From Octopus vulgaris (taxonomy: Eukaryota), in contig OX597820.1 in assembly GCA_951406725.2 (NCBI GenBank), positions 77,128,001 to 77,192,000 of the forward strand: a DNA stretch of 64,000 bases, in the 5' to 3' direction. Both the position numbers and the translations under genes were made by a program. Below, piece by piece: positions 10,325 through 23,884 of the stretch. The first letter of the stretch is position 1. Each line of letters starts with the position of its first letter. The notes below the pieces were generated by a model that saw only the letters and a list, made by a program, of their open reading frames with translations, was not told the DNA's origin and searched no databases.

Positions 10325-11345
10325 CGGGGGGAATTCCAAAAGAAAACAAACAAAAGACAAAGACAGGTGATGTACAGAGCAAACAGATGTATTCGTTTAA
10401 CGCTGGAGAAGTGAAAAATCTTTCACGTTTCCAGCCTACGCTCTTCCACAGAAAGGAACACAGAAAGAAACAGGAAGAGAAAATAAATAATATGTAGTGG
10501 CTAGCGATCTATCATGGCGAATGCCGGACAGAGGGCTCACACAGGAGAGCTAGGATGTGGGGATGGGAAGTGGTCAGTGCTACTATGTACGTGGTGCTGT
10601 GACTTGAGGTGATGTGCTGTTATGTAGTATGGTGGTGTGTGGTATGGTGTGATGGTTTTGAGATATGGGGGAGGCAAGAATGGGAAAGCAAGGGTGGAGT
10701 GTTGGTTAGGCTGATTGTGGGGTTAGAAGTGGTAGTATGAAAGTAGGATGAGGGTGGGGTAGAAGTAGGGTATATGGCACTAAGGGTTGGGGTGAGGTGG
10801 GATAGAATGGATAGGAAAGGTGTGGTTGGATTGTGTGGGGATGGGGTTACGATGGAGGGGTGACGATGAAGGGAGAGTGGAAGGGAGAAGTTGGGTAAGA
10901 GTGAAGAGGAGAGAAAAGAAGAGTAGGAGTGAAGAGAAGTAAGATTCGGAGCAAGAGAGGAGAGGAGATGTAGGTGGGAGGAATTAGGTGTGAGAGGGAG
11001 AGAGGGGAGGAGGTTAGATGAAGAGGGTAAAGTTGAGCCCATGTGGCGCAAAAGAGCGAAGAGAGAAGATTAATCCCTGTTAACGACACAAACGGGATTC
11101 CGGATGGCCCCTGTGCAAGGACAATCCGAACACAGACAGGTGTTGTAAAGAGTGACTGGTAGAGTGGAAATGATGCGAGACCGGGGTGTCATTGCCGAGT
11201 CGAATGTCTCGGAGTTGTTCCGCGAAACGGTCAGTCAAGCGGCGTCCCGTTTACCCGATGTATAGAGAAGGTCAAAGAGAGCAGGAGATGGGGCACTTGA
11301 CATTGGTAGAAGTGCGGGTAAAGGAGTCGGTGATATGATAGGATA
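10322..11345 (-). mobile_element. Penelope-like element 3' part: GIY-YIG endonuclease remnant, pyrimidine-rich UTR and terminal repeat with a degenerate hammerhead
   Basis: 11014-11340 translates as SFTRTSTNVKCPISCSL*PSLYIG*TGRRLTDRFAEQLRDIR..PVSHHF..HLSVFGL..LIFSLRSFAPHGLN. A hammerhead-like CTTT CTGTGGA AGAGC GTAG GCTG GAAAC GTG AAAG lies at 10420-10455. Confidence 0.8.
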
Positions 11346-12536
11346 TATTAATATTATGACTTAAATGGAATATTATATATATATATATGTATATATAATT
11401 TTATTTCAAGAGTTTTAATTTTTCAAGAATTTATGTTACTCTTAAGTGACTTACGCTATTTTCTTCATAATTTTCTCGCTTTTTAGTCTGAGGAGAAGGT
11501 AAAACATTTGATCTTTTCGTTATTCTTTGAAAAACTTAATGTGCGCAGCAAAGAATAATCCAGTTGGTTGCATTTTGTATATATTGTGCAAGTTCTAGGG
11601 TATATTAGAAATGCGCACGAAACATAGAATAAAAAGAAATCTGTGGATAAATAAAAAAAAAGATTCACAATTGAAAACAGAAAATAGAAATATGTTTTAT
11701 AACATAAAAATTGTTTTCAGATATTGGCGTCCATAATAGTTATTTTCCTCTGCCTATCAGAAGAATGGGAATTGAATAGACTGCTTGTAATATTTATATT
11801 TGATCGTTGAAGCATTCAAACATTAATAGAGATGTATAGACGATAAAATCAATTCCATTGCGAGCAGGTAACAAATTTACAGCCCAACCTTAAATGAAAC
11901 CCGGTATGACTCAAAAATAGTAGAAACAATTCGATACTTGGAATTTAGTGCATTACTATAATGACTCAGCAACACTGGCGTATGTAGTAGACATTGTGGT
12001 TGTTACTGTTGTTTGTGTCGTTTAACTTCACATCTATCATAATTTACTAAACATACATCTGAGACACCTCTTCTCTTCTTTTTCGATTAATACATTTTTA
12101 ACGACTACAAAGTCCAATACGTTTCAGACTGCATGTTGTGATTTAAAATATTCTTTTTAGTTGTCATCAAGCCCGTTTGCACGTAGCGTCCTAGTATTGG
12201 CACCAGTAGCACGATTTTTTTCTCTTTTACTTCTTTCTTGTATGCATGTCTTCCTCAAGGGAAAAAACCCAAACCTGTGACAATGGGCAGATGGAAATTG
12301 AATGCTCCAAAATGAGGAGTAGATAGACAGCTGACAACAGATGAAGGGTCCTTTTTCTGTGTTAACTTATCCTTTTTTCCATTTTTACTCGTTGTTTGCG
12401 TATTTCACTCGTTCTTGTCCTGCACCCATATATATATATATATATATATTTACTTATTTCATCTAGTTTCAGCTCACGAGCTGTGGATATGCCGGGGCAT
12501 CGACACAAATATACATACACACACACACACAAATAT

Positions 12537-12581
<45 letters not shown>

Positions 12582-12779
12582 AAGTATGTTGGTTTTGATC
12601 ACAGGTGGTCTAAATGATTACATACACTAGAATTTCTAGGGCTCCAAGGCCAAGGTTATAGCCGAGACGGTGGTTAGGGAGCTATTGCAGATTTCCGATG
12701 CAGCTGATATATAATTGTTAAAGAGGACAACAAACACTAAGACAAGGAATAATCAAGTCGTATAAAATATTGTTAAAGG

Positions 12780-13860
12780 GAGAAATTCAAAATTTTACAG
12801 CCGTTTCTGGGATATCCCCGAGAATGGGATATTCTGTCATGAGAGACAAATAGGGGGAAATGGTATATATTAATGGGATGAATACATAGAGAAAGGGAGT
12901 TAAAGAATAAGGAAATGGAAAGAAAGAAGATGAGAAATCATAAAAGTTCATAGTTCAACATTCCGAAGTCATAGAACACAGAGCATGAATCCTTAGGTAC
13001 AATCAGGCGTAGATCCTTGAGCGTAAGTCGTCGGGTACAATCTTGCGTATATCCATGTGGATTAAAATCCTTATATAGTACACATTCCTAGAGAAAAGAC
13101 GCGAACATATCAACGTTGAATAACAGAATGGTAGCGGAGTCGGCTATTAAGTGGTAAAAGTAAAGAAACGAAACTAACGAGAAAGAGAGGTAGATAGAGT
13201 GAGGTGGTGGGATTTTAAGGATTGGCTATAGGATAAAGTAAGGTGCGTAGGTGGATTGCGTCTAAGAATTGTGTACGAGGTAGCCGAGAAGAGAGAGGAT
13301 GAGGAGTTAGGGGAAGATAGAGTAAAAAAATAGAGCAAGATGATAGGAATTTAGAGAGTGGAGTTAGTCTTAAAGTCTTAAGTTGTTGAATTTATGTTTT
13401 CTAGTTTTTTTCTAATGCAGATTGTGTTATGCCAGTTGTAATTAACAAAGCATCGTCCCTGTATAAACTCCTTTTGATATGGGGAATTGTGTGCGGAATT
13501 GTTGAAGGAGGTACAATTCGACTATATCCATCACCCGAGCGGAGTCGGATAAGCCCATCGTTATATCGACGAAGTTGCTTGTTAGTGTTGAGGTTAGTGC
13601 GGGATGAAAGCATATTATCGAAGGAAATGAGAGTCGGTCTGGCAGATAGAATAAACATCAGTTTCTAAGGAGGTTATGTTGGATAGGTTTTTAGCTAAGG
13701 TAAGGACGTTTTTAAGGTGTATACGTGATACATATGCGTAGTAATTACTGATGCCAATTTTTGGGGACGAGAATGTTTTTGTTGCTGATGCAAGTAGAAT
13801 CAGGTGATGACTTCGCTTGTGCAGGACCATAATTTTACATTTAGTTTCTCTCTAAAAGAG
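12780..13860 (-). mobile_element. Degenerate Penelope-like element with a reverse transcriptase fragment
   Basis: 13400-13750 gives, with frameshifts, LKNVLTLAKNLSNITSLETDV..DITMGLSDSARVMDIVELYLLQQ..LYRDDALLI, which fits the PLE-type GLYRDD region. A hammerhead-like CTCATGA..ATATCCC..GGGATAT..GAAACGGCTGTA lies at ~12795-12848. Confidence 0.65.
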
Positions 13861-13913
13861 GGTATGACTCCGCCTGGTATATTTTTGCTGATTCGTACTA
13901 AACCCGATTTAGT

Positions 13914-13951
<38 letters not shown>

Positions 13952-15321
13952 ACAATGAGGGTCTTTGCTAAGATCAGCGAAACAAGTACTCTATCTGGTA
14001 AGAAATATTATTTCATAACGCACACACACACACACACACATATGTAAGTATGTGTATATGTATATATGTATATATGTGGGGGATATTTGTGGGGTGTACT
14101 AAACTAATATGTAACTGAGTTACGACACACTTTTAGTTTTCTTTATGTCGGGGTATTACGATTGTAATCATATTGTAACGTTGAAGTTCAAAACATGGTT
14201 ATAAATTTGATATTTTTGAGACCTAGGAATGCCAAAATTCGAAAATTCGAAAACTTACATTATAAAATGATTAAACAACAGCCGCTGGTTAGTGTCTACA
14301 TCGACGTACTTTACCACCATCGTTTGTCTGCTTCTTGGTGTATACATACTTGTGGGGATATACATGTATAATGTTTACGTATATTTGTGAGTTTTTTGTG
14401 GCTGTATGAGTGTGCGTGTCTGTGTGTGTGCGTGTGTGTGTGTGTATGCGTGTAGATGTATGCATACGTGTTTATGTGTGAGAAAAGGAAGCTAGGATAC
14501 TGGAATAATAAACGAAATTTTATAACGATTTTAATATTAAATATAGAAGTGAAGGGGAAAAAGAGACTTCCATAAACATTTAGAGAATAATAAATAAAGA
14601 GAAGGTTTCGTAAATGCATGAAAGTATATGAGGCAAAGAGAAATAATCTCATATACTGATATGCAATGGTTGAAAAATTCGTAAGGAAAAGAAAAACATA
14701 AAATGATAAACAAGGAAAGTAGGAAAACAGAGGTGAAGAGAAATATAAATAGCAACATTATAAAGAAACAGTTAATGGTTGTTTAAATAAGAAATAAATA
14801 TCATAGGATATTCAATAGACAAAACAGCTTCACGCTTTTTCTCCAGTTATTGGAGAAAGTATACAGCAGTTTAGCAAATGTCGGAGGATTTCACATCACC
14901 GCGCTGGCATGACGGTGTGATTAAACTAAGTTGCTTCCAGCTTCGGGATTTCCAGTTCAGTATCAATGTGCGCCACTGTGCAAAAGCGTTTTCAACGATT
15001 GCCCTTAATCGCCCAATGCATTGGGATTGTGAGTGAAATTGGTTGATAGAAACAGTGTGGAAACCTGTAAGTGCGTGCATGTCTCTGTGATTGTGTTTGC
15101 CCCCTCCGACCACTTGACAGTTTGTATTGGATTAAGTCCTTTCACAGACCTGGGTATCATTCGCAAAATGCGTAGCATAAACTGGAAAGAGAGAGTAACG
15201 AAGTCTGCAGTACTAGAAAAGCCGAATATTAAAAAAAAGGATCGTCGAGAATCGGCTCCACGAAGGTCTATTTTGAAATTATAATACACTATGTTTCATT
15301 AAACATGGCCTTTCTGTCAAG

Positions 15322-16879
15322 TTAGTTAGTTAGTTAATTTGGCTCAAAAGCAAATAGCAAGGCCATGTAGGGGGACATGGAGTTAAGTACAGGGTGGTGT
15401 TCATGTAAAGAGTTCAGGCCACTTGAGGTCAAGGGAGGCTTTGAACAAAGCGGTCGTCGGCATCTTCACCATCTCGTCTGGCAGCTTGTTCCACAGATCC
15501 GCAACCCGGACGGAGAAAGCTCCTCTCCTTCGATTGAGATGAAATCGTCGCAGGTAGAGCTTTTCGGAATGACCCCGCAGCCGAAGCTCTGGAGCAGGAG
15601 TGAAGAACAGCTCGTTCGAGAGGTTACACTTTCCGCTTATGATGTTGTGGGCGAGAATGAGATCACCACGGCGGCGGCGTTTTTCAAGAGAATAAAGGTC
15701 GAGCGTCCTCAGCCTTTCTTCGTAGGACAAATTTTTGAGACCATGAATCATGCGGGTAGCCAGCTTCTGGACTCTTTCGAGATGCTGTATGTCTTTGAGG
15801 AGATAAGGAGAAGAGGCTTGAATCCCATACTCCAATATGGGTCTCACCAGCGTGACATAGAGTGGTAGGAATATGGCTGCTGTGAGCATTCCGAATGACC
15901 GTCGAATCAAGAACAGAATTCCGCGTGCTTTGTTGGCAGCATGGACGCACTGGGCCGAAGGCGAAAAGGAGGAATCCGATCAAGATACCTAGGTCCTTTA
16001 CCTGATCGGTCCTCTCCAGCAGCAGACGACCCGGCTCGAAATCAAGTTGAGTTGTAGGAGTAGAGCCGACAGGCAGATGACAGCACTTTGACACGTTCAG
16101 ACACAGGTCCCAATTGTTAGACCACTTCCAAATTTGGTGGAGGCATCGACGAAGATCCTCTATATTACCGCGAGGAGCGACCAGTTTGATATCGTCGGCA
16201 AATAGAAGGGTGTGTTGCGTGATGTCGTCGGGCAAGTCATTTATGAAGACTAAGAACAACAAGGGCCCAAGCACTGAACCTTGAGGCACGCCACTGCTCG
16301 CACTGGAGACGTCGGACCGCGAACCATTAACTTGGACTTGGAAGGAGCGATCTGAGAGGAAGGTACCAACCCATCGTACAATATCCGGATGGAAACTATA
16401 TGCTTGAAGCTTGACAAGCAATAGGCGGTGGTTTACCGAGTCAAAAGCTTTGGCAAAGTCCAGTAAAACGATGTCAACAGCATCACTATCATCGAGGATG
16501 CGCGTCACCAATTCTTCCATTACTAGTAGGTTGGTCAAGAATGATCTCTTCGGCACGAAGCCGTGTTGGGAATCAGAGATAGAGGCTGTGTTCAGGAGGT
16601 GGAGCATCATACTTTTCTTAAGGATGGTTTCGAACATCTTGCTGATAATTGAGGTAAGGGAAACCGGTCGGTAGTTAAGCGGGTCTTCGCGGCTCCCTTT
16701 CTTGAAAATTGGGCAGATTATCGCTGTTCTCCACTCTGCAGATATAACACCCGTCGCCAATGACATATTGAATAGTCGTGTTAAGGGCTCGCAGATGACC
16801 GGAGCCAACGCTTTGATAACCCGTGGGTGTATGCCGTCAGGGCCGTGACCTTTGTTGACATCGAGCACTGGAATAACAC
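15322..16879 (-). mobile_element. 5'-truncated CR1/L2-group LINE (RT and C-terminal part of ORF2), young copy with one frameshift near 15975
   Basis: Motifs GPDGIHPRV, NYRPVSLTS, QHGF, LDFAKAFDSV, GVPQGSVLGPLLF, LFADD, KDLG, VRPILEY and RRRRGDLI. The 3' tail is (TAAC)n, with a candidate TSD GTCAAG at 15316-15321 and 16880-16885. Confidence 0.93.
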
Positions 16880-17410
16880 GTCAAGAAGTGTGGAAGTGAA
16901 GAGAAAAAGGAACTCTCAAAAATGTTCGTAGTCTGACATCAAAGAATGGACTGGTCGGTTGTATAAGTGCAAAATAACAGAAACAAACGTAAAATTTTGA
17001 CAAAGCGACTCCTGAAAAATGATCATATCCTTGTCGACATATTTGTACCCAAGTGGACGATGGTTAACGTTGCCAATTTTAATTGACAAAAGGATTGTAT
17101 CATAGAAAGTTCAACTAACGGTTGATCAAAGCTCTGATAACGGATTTACAGTTTTAAGCAGTTAAATATTTAATGAAATGTCAGCAATATATATTACATG
17201 GCGCTGAAAGGGAAATGCATTTATATTGTAACAACATTTTAAGATAAATATGTAATTTTTAATGATATTTTTTATTCACAGATATACGGACATGCATATG
17301 CTTACATAGACACACACACACGCACACATATCCATGTCTATATAGATGTTTATGTATATATATACATATAGAAATACATAGAAGTGCACAGTGAAACATT
17401 TATTTCGTAT

Positions 17411-17454
<44 letters not shown>

Positions 17455-17911
17455 TGATATAGATACAGATATGTTTACATGGCGGCGCAGATGGAGCTGT
17501 GTGGTAAGAATACTGATTCCCAAACCCATGTTTCTGGATTGATGCCTATTTCGTTACACATCGGGCAGGTTTTTCCACTATAGCCACCCTGGAAAAACCG
17601 AAGCTTTGTGCGTAGATTGAATACAAAGAAGACCATCGGTTTTAACACATGGAATATTCAATCAGAATGTGTAGAGAGCACAGAAGAAAGGGAGAATATA
17701 AATGTAGCGGGAAATAAGGATTAAAAGATAGAAAAAATGAAAATCTAAAGAGAGTGAAAGGAATTAGCAATTTAAACAAAGTCATTTGAACGGTAGTATT
17801 CAATGGGTCTGTTTTGGTCGAATACTACCGGTCAAGTGGTCAAATGACCTTACTTGAATTGCTCATTCCTCTCATTGCTTCATATTTTTTCTTTCCCCTT
17901 TTTAAACTTAC

Positions 17912-18074
17912 TTAAATTTTCCTTCTTTTTCCTTCTTAAATATGACAGTTTTCGTCTGTTCAACGTGAAATCTGCAAAAATAACTACAGGGAGGTTTGCC
18001 CGTGTTGTAATTCTATGTACGTAGGAACTAAAGCTAGAAGATAGCCCCAATCCCCAGACTTTATACCGTGTGTC
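17912..18074 (-). other. Possible isolated exon (163 bp) of an unidentified transcript
   Basis: Acceptor tgtatgtttcag|G and donor AA|gtaagt; one frame is open; no recognisable protein. Confidence 0.25.
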
Positions 18075-18409
18075 CTGAAACATACATACAGAACAGACGA
18101 ATTAAGTTTTCACCAATTTTAAATTTGGGGTAAAGTTCAATAGTCTAATGTTTACTTTATTGACATTGAAAGAACGGAAGCGCTTCTGCTGCTTATAAAT
18201 ATATAAAACTGAATATAAATCAATGCAGCATTTAACGTGCCTGCTATTATTTATTACGTAATATTTTCGTAGAAACTAACAGTATATTACCAGCAAATTT
18301 CTAATTATTCAGGGAAATAGAAAATAAAAAAATTTAATTTATAATTACAAAAGAAAAATGTTTATATAAAGAGCTATTAAAGCTATAGCTATAAAGAGCT
18401 ATTACATTA

Positions 18410-18620
18410 AAGGTAGCGCTGTCGTTAGCAAGCCGGGCAAGATGCTTATCACCATTTCCCCCGACTAAGTTTCGAATTAAAATTCCGCCAACCGATGTCG
18501 ACCTTGCCTTTCAGACTTCCAGGTTCGATAAAATAAGCCCCGGTTATACAATGGGACGGTTGTAATGTACTAGACCCTTAGCCATAAACTTGGTGACCTT
18601 GAGCCAAAGGTTGAAACAAA
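18410..18620 (+). mobile_element. Degenerate family-A SINE
   Basis: CGTTAGCAAGCCGGGCAAGATGCTTA...GTCGACCTTGCCTTTCA...GATAAAATAAG. Confidence 0.65.
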
Positions 18621-19372
18621 TGGAGAGTAAGTATATTTCCTGTAACTTATTCATTTCAAGAAATAATACCAATGAGAAGGTATTTGAAGATATAGAATAT
18701 TTGTTTCGTAGTCTGTAATTTTCAAATTTAAATCAAATGATAAATCTATACTATAGTCTAAGGCTGGCTGTGTTTCAAATTTCACCGTAAAGATTGATAT
18801 CAATGTTTTCAATAAGAAAGACAAATGTGATTTATTTAGTTTAAAGTTTTAGAAAATATTGCAAATTATCTTTCGTGTTGTAATATATCGGTCCATTAAT
18901 AATTCATGTAAAATAGCATTTTGAATTTGCTAACTTTGAATTACTTACAGTATGAATGAAATTTAAGCGTCAATGTTGCTTTTGCCATGAAAAACTTGGT
19001 GGAAAGGAACGTGCAAAGTTAAAGTATGATATCTACCATTCAGGGTAATCGAACGCACTGCCCATTATGTGAACTTTTTTTCAGGTTCTTGTCGATGGGC
19101 AAAATTTAAAATTTCTTCGAATTCCCTATTTTCATAAAGGAAATTATGCCTATACACGTTTTACTTGAAAAAATAACGCTAATTTCATATAAGACAAACA
19201 TGCAGATATGATGCTGATTGCATGTAATGAAAATAAAAATTCAAACCTCCAACGACGAAGGGCGTTGCAATCAGTTAGCCAGCTGGAAATAAAACACGGT
19301 CTTTCTCTTATTAAACAAACCTTTCATAGGTTAGATAACAGAAAATTAGGGGGCCTGTTGCATGCATATGTA

Positions 19373-19428
<56 letters not shown>

Positions 19429-19861
19429 TGCGTATACACACACACATATGTATTTATGTATTTATGTATATATAAAGTCAATTCACATAAGCAAACAATT
19501 AAAAATACAGAAAAAAGAAATATAAAAATTTTAATTGAGGCCGTGCACTAGAAATAAGACTGAAGCAAAATAACCCCAAATATATAGTACGTGTTTTTTT
19601 TTTACTGGCTAAACTGGCAAAATGAAGATTCCTAAATACAACAATATATTTCTATAGTATATCTTTCTATTTTATATTTCTATAACTATATTCTGAATAT
19701 GTATTAATATATGGTTTAGACATTTCTTTTTATTAAATCCGTATATGTATACACCAGTCGTCGTCTGCCTGAGTTGAACATTTTCCTTGTACTTGTGTAG
19801 CATCTAGGGTTCGACTGGAGCACTTCCAGACTTTCTATGATTTTCTAAAGACAATTTATAA

Positions 19862-19917
<56 letters not shown>

Positions 19918-19921
<4 letters not shown>

Positions 19922-20215
19922 AAATATTAGGGAATAAATCCAAACTTACAGGGAAATATCAGATTTAGGATTGAATCAAATTCTATAGTAAAATATTATA
20001 TTATATTAAATTAGAGATATTAGGCAAATCATACAATGAAAAACTTAAGCCAATACATAAGATTAATTAATTAATATTATTTTAAATATATATCAAAATT
20101 ATTAAATTAATTATCTTTTTTTAATAATTTTGATATATATTTAAAATAATATAAATTAATTAATCTTATATATTGGCTTAAGTTTTTCATTGTATGATTT
20201 GCCTAATAGTGGTTT
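19918..20215. repeat. Fold-back (inverted) copy of the repeat family also present at ~8490-8620
   Basis: Arms 20018-20106 and 20120-20208. TATTGGCTTAAGTTTTTCATTGT(T/A)TGATTTGCCTAATAGTGGTTT is shared with ~8570-8612. Confidence 0.8.
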
Positions 20216-20805
20216 AGTATTTAGTATTATATATATCAAATAATGTCTTATAAAACTATTCCGAACATACAATAACAGCCATATCAATAATCCAGCACAA
20301 CTACATCATTAGCTGCCCCACGGATATCACTATGGTTTCGACACCAGAGTTGCTGTCTACCAGATTTACTTGCAAGGTTTTGGTCGGTTATTGGATATAT
20401 TAGAAGAAATTCTATCAAAGTGTCACGCAGTGGCAACAATGTGGTTGGAAAGCAGAATCTTTTAATACCCACACAGTCCATTCCTTGTTATTTATATATT
20501 TATATATTCTATAACGTATACTAAAAGCAAGAAAGAATTTTAGAGTCGACAATAGAATTTGGAGATGTTCGTAGAAAAAATATATTAATTATTTTCTCAT
20601 ACATTTCATTGCAATTCAAAACTCTAAACCTGAGTCTCTCATGCACGGATGCATTCCTATTTAGCTAGTGACCTAGGTGGCGAAGGCAGTCATTGAAAGT
20701 CGAAATTATCTTGGCTGAATTTCTATATACAGAAAGAATTGCGATGTAGGTAGATGTCGCACATTTCATAATTACACACAGCACACACTCACACATACAC
20801 ACACG

Positions 20806-20928
<123 letters not shown>

Positions 20929-21028
20929 CATACAAAAATATGTATAAATGCATGTATGCATATATATATATATATATATATATATCCATACATATATATC
21001 TATATGCACATATATATATATATTATAT

Positions 21029-21069
<41 letters not shown>

Positions 21070-21476
21070 GCATTTGTATATCTATTTATATATATGTTTA
21101 AAGGTTTATATGTATGTGTGCGTGTGTGTGCGAATGTACTGGTTGTAGTCAATGATGCGTCATTTAATGGCCTTCCTAGACATAATGTGTTCATGAAGTA
21201 GATATTGATTTTTATCATACCTAAATATATGAGTAATTTTATTGTAGACCGAAATAAAAATGTCCATGGCATTTCTGCCTTTTTGCAACGTTATGAGGGA
21301 CATACGATGAAATGTCTTGAATCATTTAAAAGCTGTTTGCAAAACTTGACCCTCAGTGTGTGCAGCCATTTCGAATTTTCACTAAATATTATGATATTAT
21401 AAAATACCACAATATTCAAACTAAATTCTAAGCCTAAATACATATAGATCAATATCTATGTATGCATGTATATATA

Positions 21477-21529
<53 letters not shown>

Positions 21530-21780
21530 TCCGTATATACACACGTTGTCCTTTTTTCATTGGATTATTTTGCACATCCCCAGACACATATGAAGGTATA
21601 TTCACCGTGAATTTCAGATTTTCTACACGTCAGGTATTCCTATTTTGCCTTGGATCCCGACAGTATTGATAGACTCGTACTCGGTTCGCATGCTTCCCTG
21701 GAATTAGCTCAACATCAAACCCAACCTGCCCATAGCCATTTTTACTCTCTTCCTCCATCTCTCTCTCTCTCTTTACATAT

Positions 21781-21829
<49 letters not shown>

Positions 21830-21904
21830 TATGCATGCATATATATATATGTATATATATATATACACACACATGTGTGTGTGTGTGTGTGAGTGTGCGT
21901 ATGC

Positions 21905-22938
21905 AGATGGTTGAAAAGTAACATAGGAGTTGATATGTATTAGGAAAATAATACAACGTACAAAATGATACGATCATTTTATCATGTAGGAAATTTTAGT
22001 ACCGGTTTCAGACTTTGCGACTTTTTCATCTTAAAGTAAAGTATGAAAAACAATTAAATTGTGAAAAAATTAAATAAAATTACTTTATAAAAATATTTCC
22101 ATAATTTTCAAATACTTGGGACATTTTCGTGTTTTTTCTCTCTCTCTCCTTCTCTCTCTCTCTTTCTCTTTCTCTCTTTCTCTCTCTCTCTCTCTATCTC
22201 TCTCTCTTTCTTTCTTTTGTGAAGAGTCGGTAGGTAGGAAGTAGCAGGTATGAAGAAATATTTAATATGAGGGCTGTGAGTTCTTCCTTTTCATTGTTTA
22301 AGCAGCAGTAGACGAGTAAGGGGACGCAGAAGAAGAAGAAGAAGAAGAAGAAGAAGAAAGGAGTAGTATAACAGTAACAGTAGTATAATCAGTATAACAG
22401 TAGTATAACAGTAACAGTAGTATAATCAGTGGAGTCTTCTTAAATGATCCTTCCTTACTTTACTACTACTGCTGTTTAGAATAACACCTACGCAAATATT
22501 ATAAACAATGCATTCAAAAGTGATGTCTTAAGAATTCAATCACTACTACCATACACAGCAAGTCACTTTCAGGGCACTTGACCATTTAACATCCTACTAC
22601 TATCCTGACATTCCCGCATTCTTCTCCTCTTCCTCCTCCTCCTCCTCCTCCTCCTTCTTCTTCTTCTTCTTCTTCTTCTCGAACCCACAAGAATAAACAA
22701 TGAGAGACAGAGACAGGCAGAAATAAATAAAATGTCCCTTGTATTTGAATACTATGCAAATATTCATTTAAAAAATATTTTTTTTAAATTTCCAAAATTT
22801 AATTATTTTCCATACTTACAGTTGAAAAAGTCGCAATGACTGAAACCGGTACCGAAATGTCTTTTTATAAAATTATTTTAGCATTTTCTACCTTGACTTT
22901 TTTCCATGTATATCAATTCATGTGTTCCTTTTCAACCT

Positions 22939-22942
<4 letters not shown>
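21905..22942. repeat. ~1-kb imperfect fold-back of Penelope-like terminal repeats with degenerate hammerhead motifs in both arms
   Basis: GTACCGGTTTCAGACTTTGCGACTTTTTCA (~22000) pairs with TGAAAAAGTCGCAATGACTGAAACCGGTAC (~22823-22852). GGTTGAAAAG at the left end pairs with CTTTTCAACC at the right end. Confidence 0.65.
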
Positions 22943-23002
<60 letters not shown>

Positions 23003-23379
23003 GTATTAATATGATATTCAAACGACTAACACATAATATCTATGACGTTAATTATTTCATAGATACAGATATGTAAATATTTGCATGTATCTACTGAAAA
23101 ATTGATACGTGCTGCATACAATGGTCTGAAATTTTGAAATCAGCATGAAAAATTAATCTAAAAAAGTTGGTTTGGATTCATGATTGGTATAAAAAATTGA
23201 ATTTTGTTGACGAGTGTTCTGTTTATAAAATTTGATGCGTGATGAAATAAAGGACCAGTTAAATGCTGCGGTGGCTGTAATCAATCATCTATTTCTCCTA
23301 AAAATGCAGGAAATGTGCCAATATTGGAAACCAATATAATGATTATTATTTTAGTTCGACTTGGCTCAGGATTGGTCTT

Positions 23380-23635
23380 ATTCCTGGTAGAATTCATATG
23401 ATTAGCGGTTTACTAATTGTAACATACACTATCTACACGATTTTAATAAAACTTCAAGTCCTGAAAAATCTGATGTCTCAAGCCTACTGTAAAAGCTCTA
23501 GAGGACATTCCATTACCTACTTCCTTCAACTTATTTTCCATGTAGTTACTAAACGTCCCTAATACTCCAATTATCACAGATGTCATATTCCAAATTCTTG
23601 CAACTTCATATTCAAAGGACTGCAATTTTTTTTAT
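23380..23635 (-). mobile_element. Degenerate 3' end of an R4/Dong-like element
   Basis: YEVARIWNMTSVIIGVLGT resembles EVTRMWNL..PIIVGALG of the 27.1-27.8 kb copy. Confidence 0.5.
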
Positions 23636-23884
23636 ATCTGAGTTCAATGCTAAGTTCTGAGTTCAAACCGAAGTAGTGAATACATACATTGGAATTTATG
23701 CGCCACGTAGCAGCCTCTTCTGATATTTCAAATTTTCTCAACATACATGAGAGTAAAAAGCAATTCATTGTCGTGGAAGCTACAGATAACAAGACGTCTG
23801 AAGAGTTCTAACTGAACTATATATGATATGTGGGTGTATCAGTATACGAATGTGTGAAGGAATGTGTGTATCCCCGTATAGATA

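Noticed and set aside
10620-11089. S/P/L/H-rich ORFs on the minus strand
   Set aside because: Low-complexity pyrimidine-rich 3' UTR of the Penelope-like element; the real coding remnant is the stop-interrupted GIY-YIG frame.
12630-20370. Additional GAAAC-containing hairpins resembling hammerhead halves (~12640-12682, ~13955-13995, ~20325-20365; also ~49372-49422)
   Set aside because: The CUGANGA core is missing or too degenerate to distinguish from chance without a family consensus.
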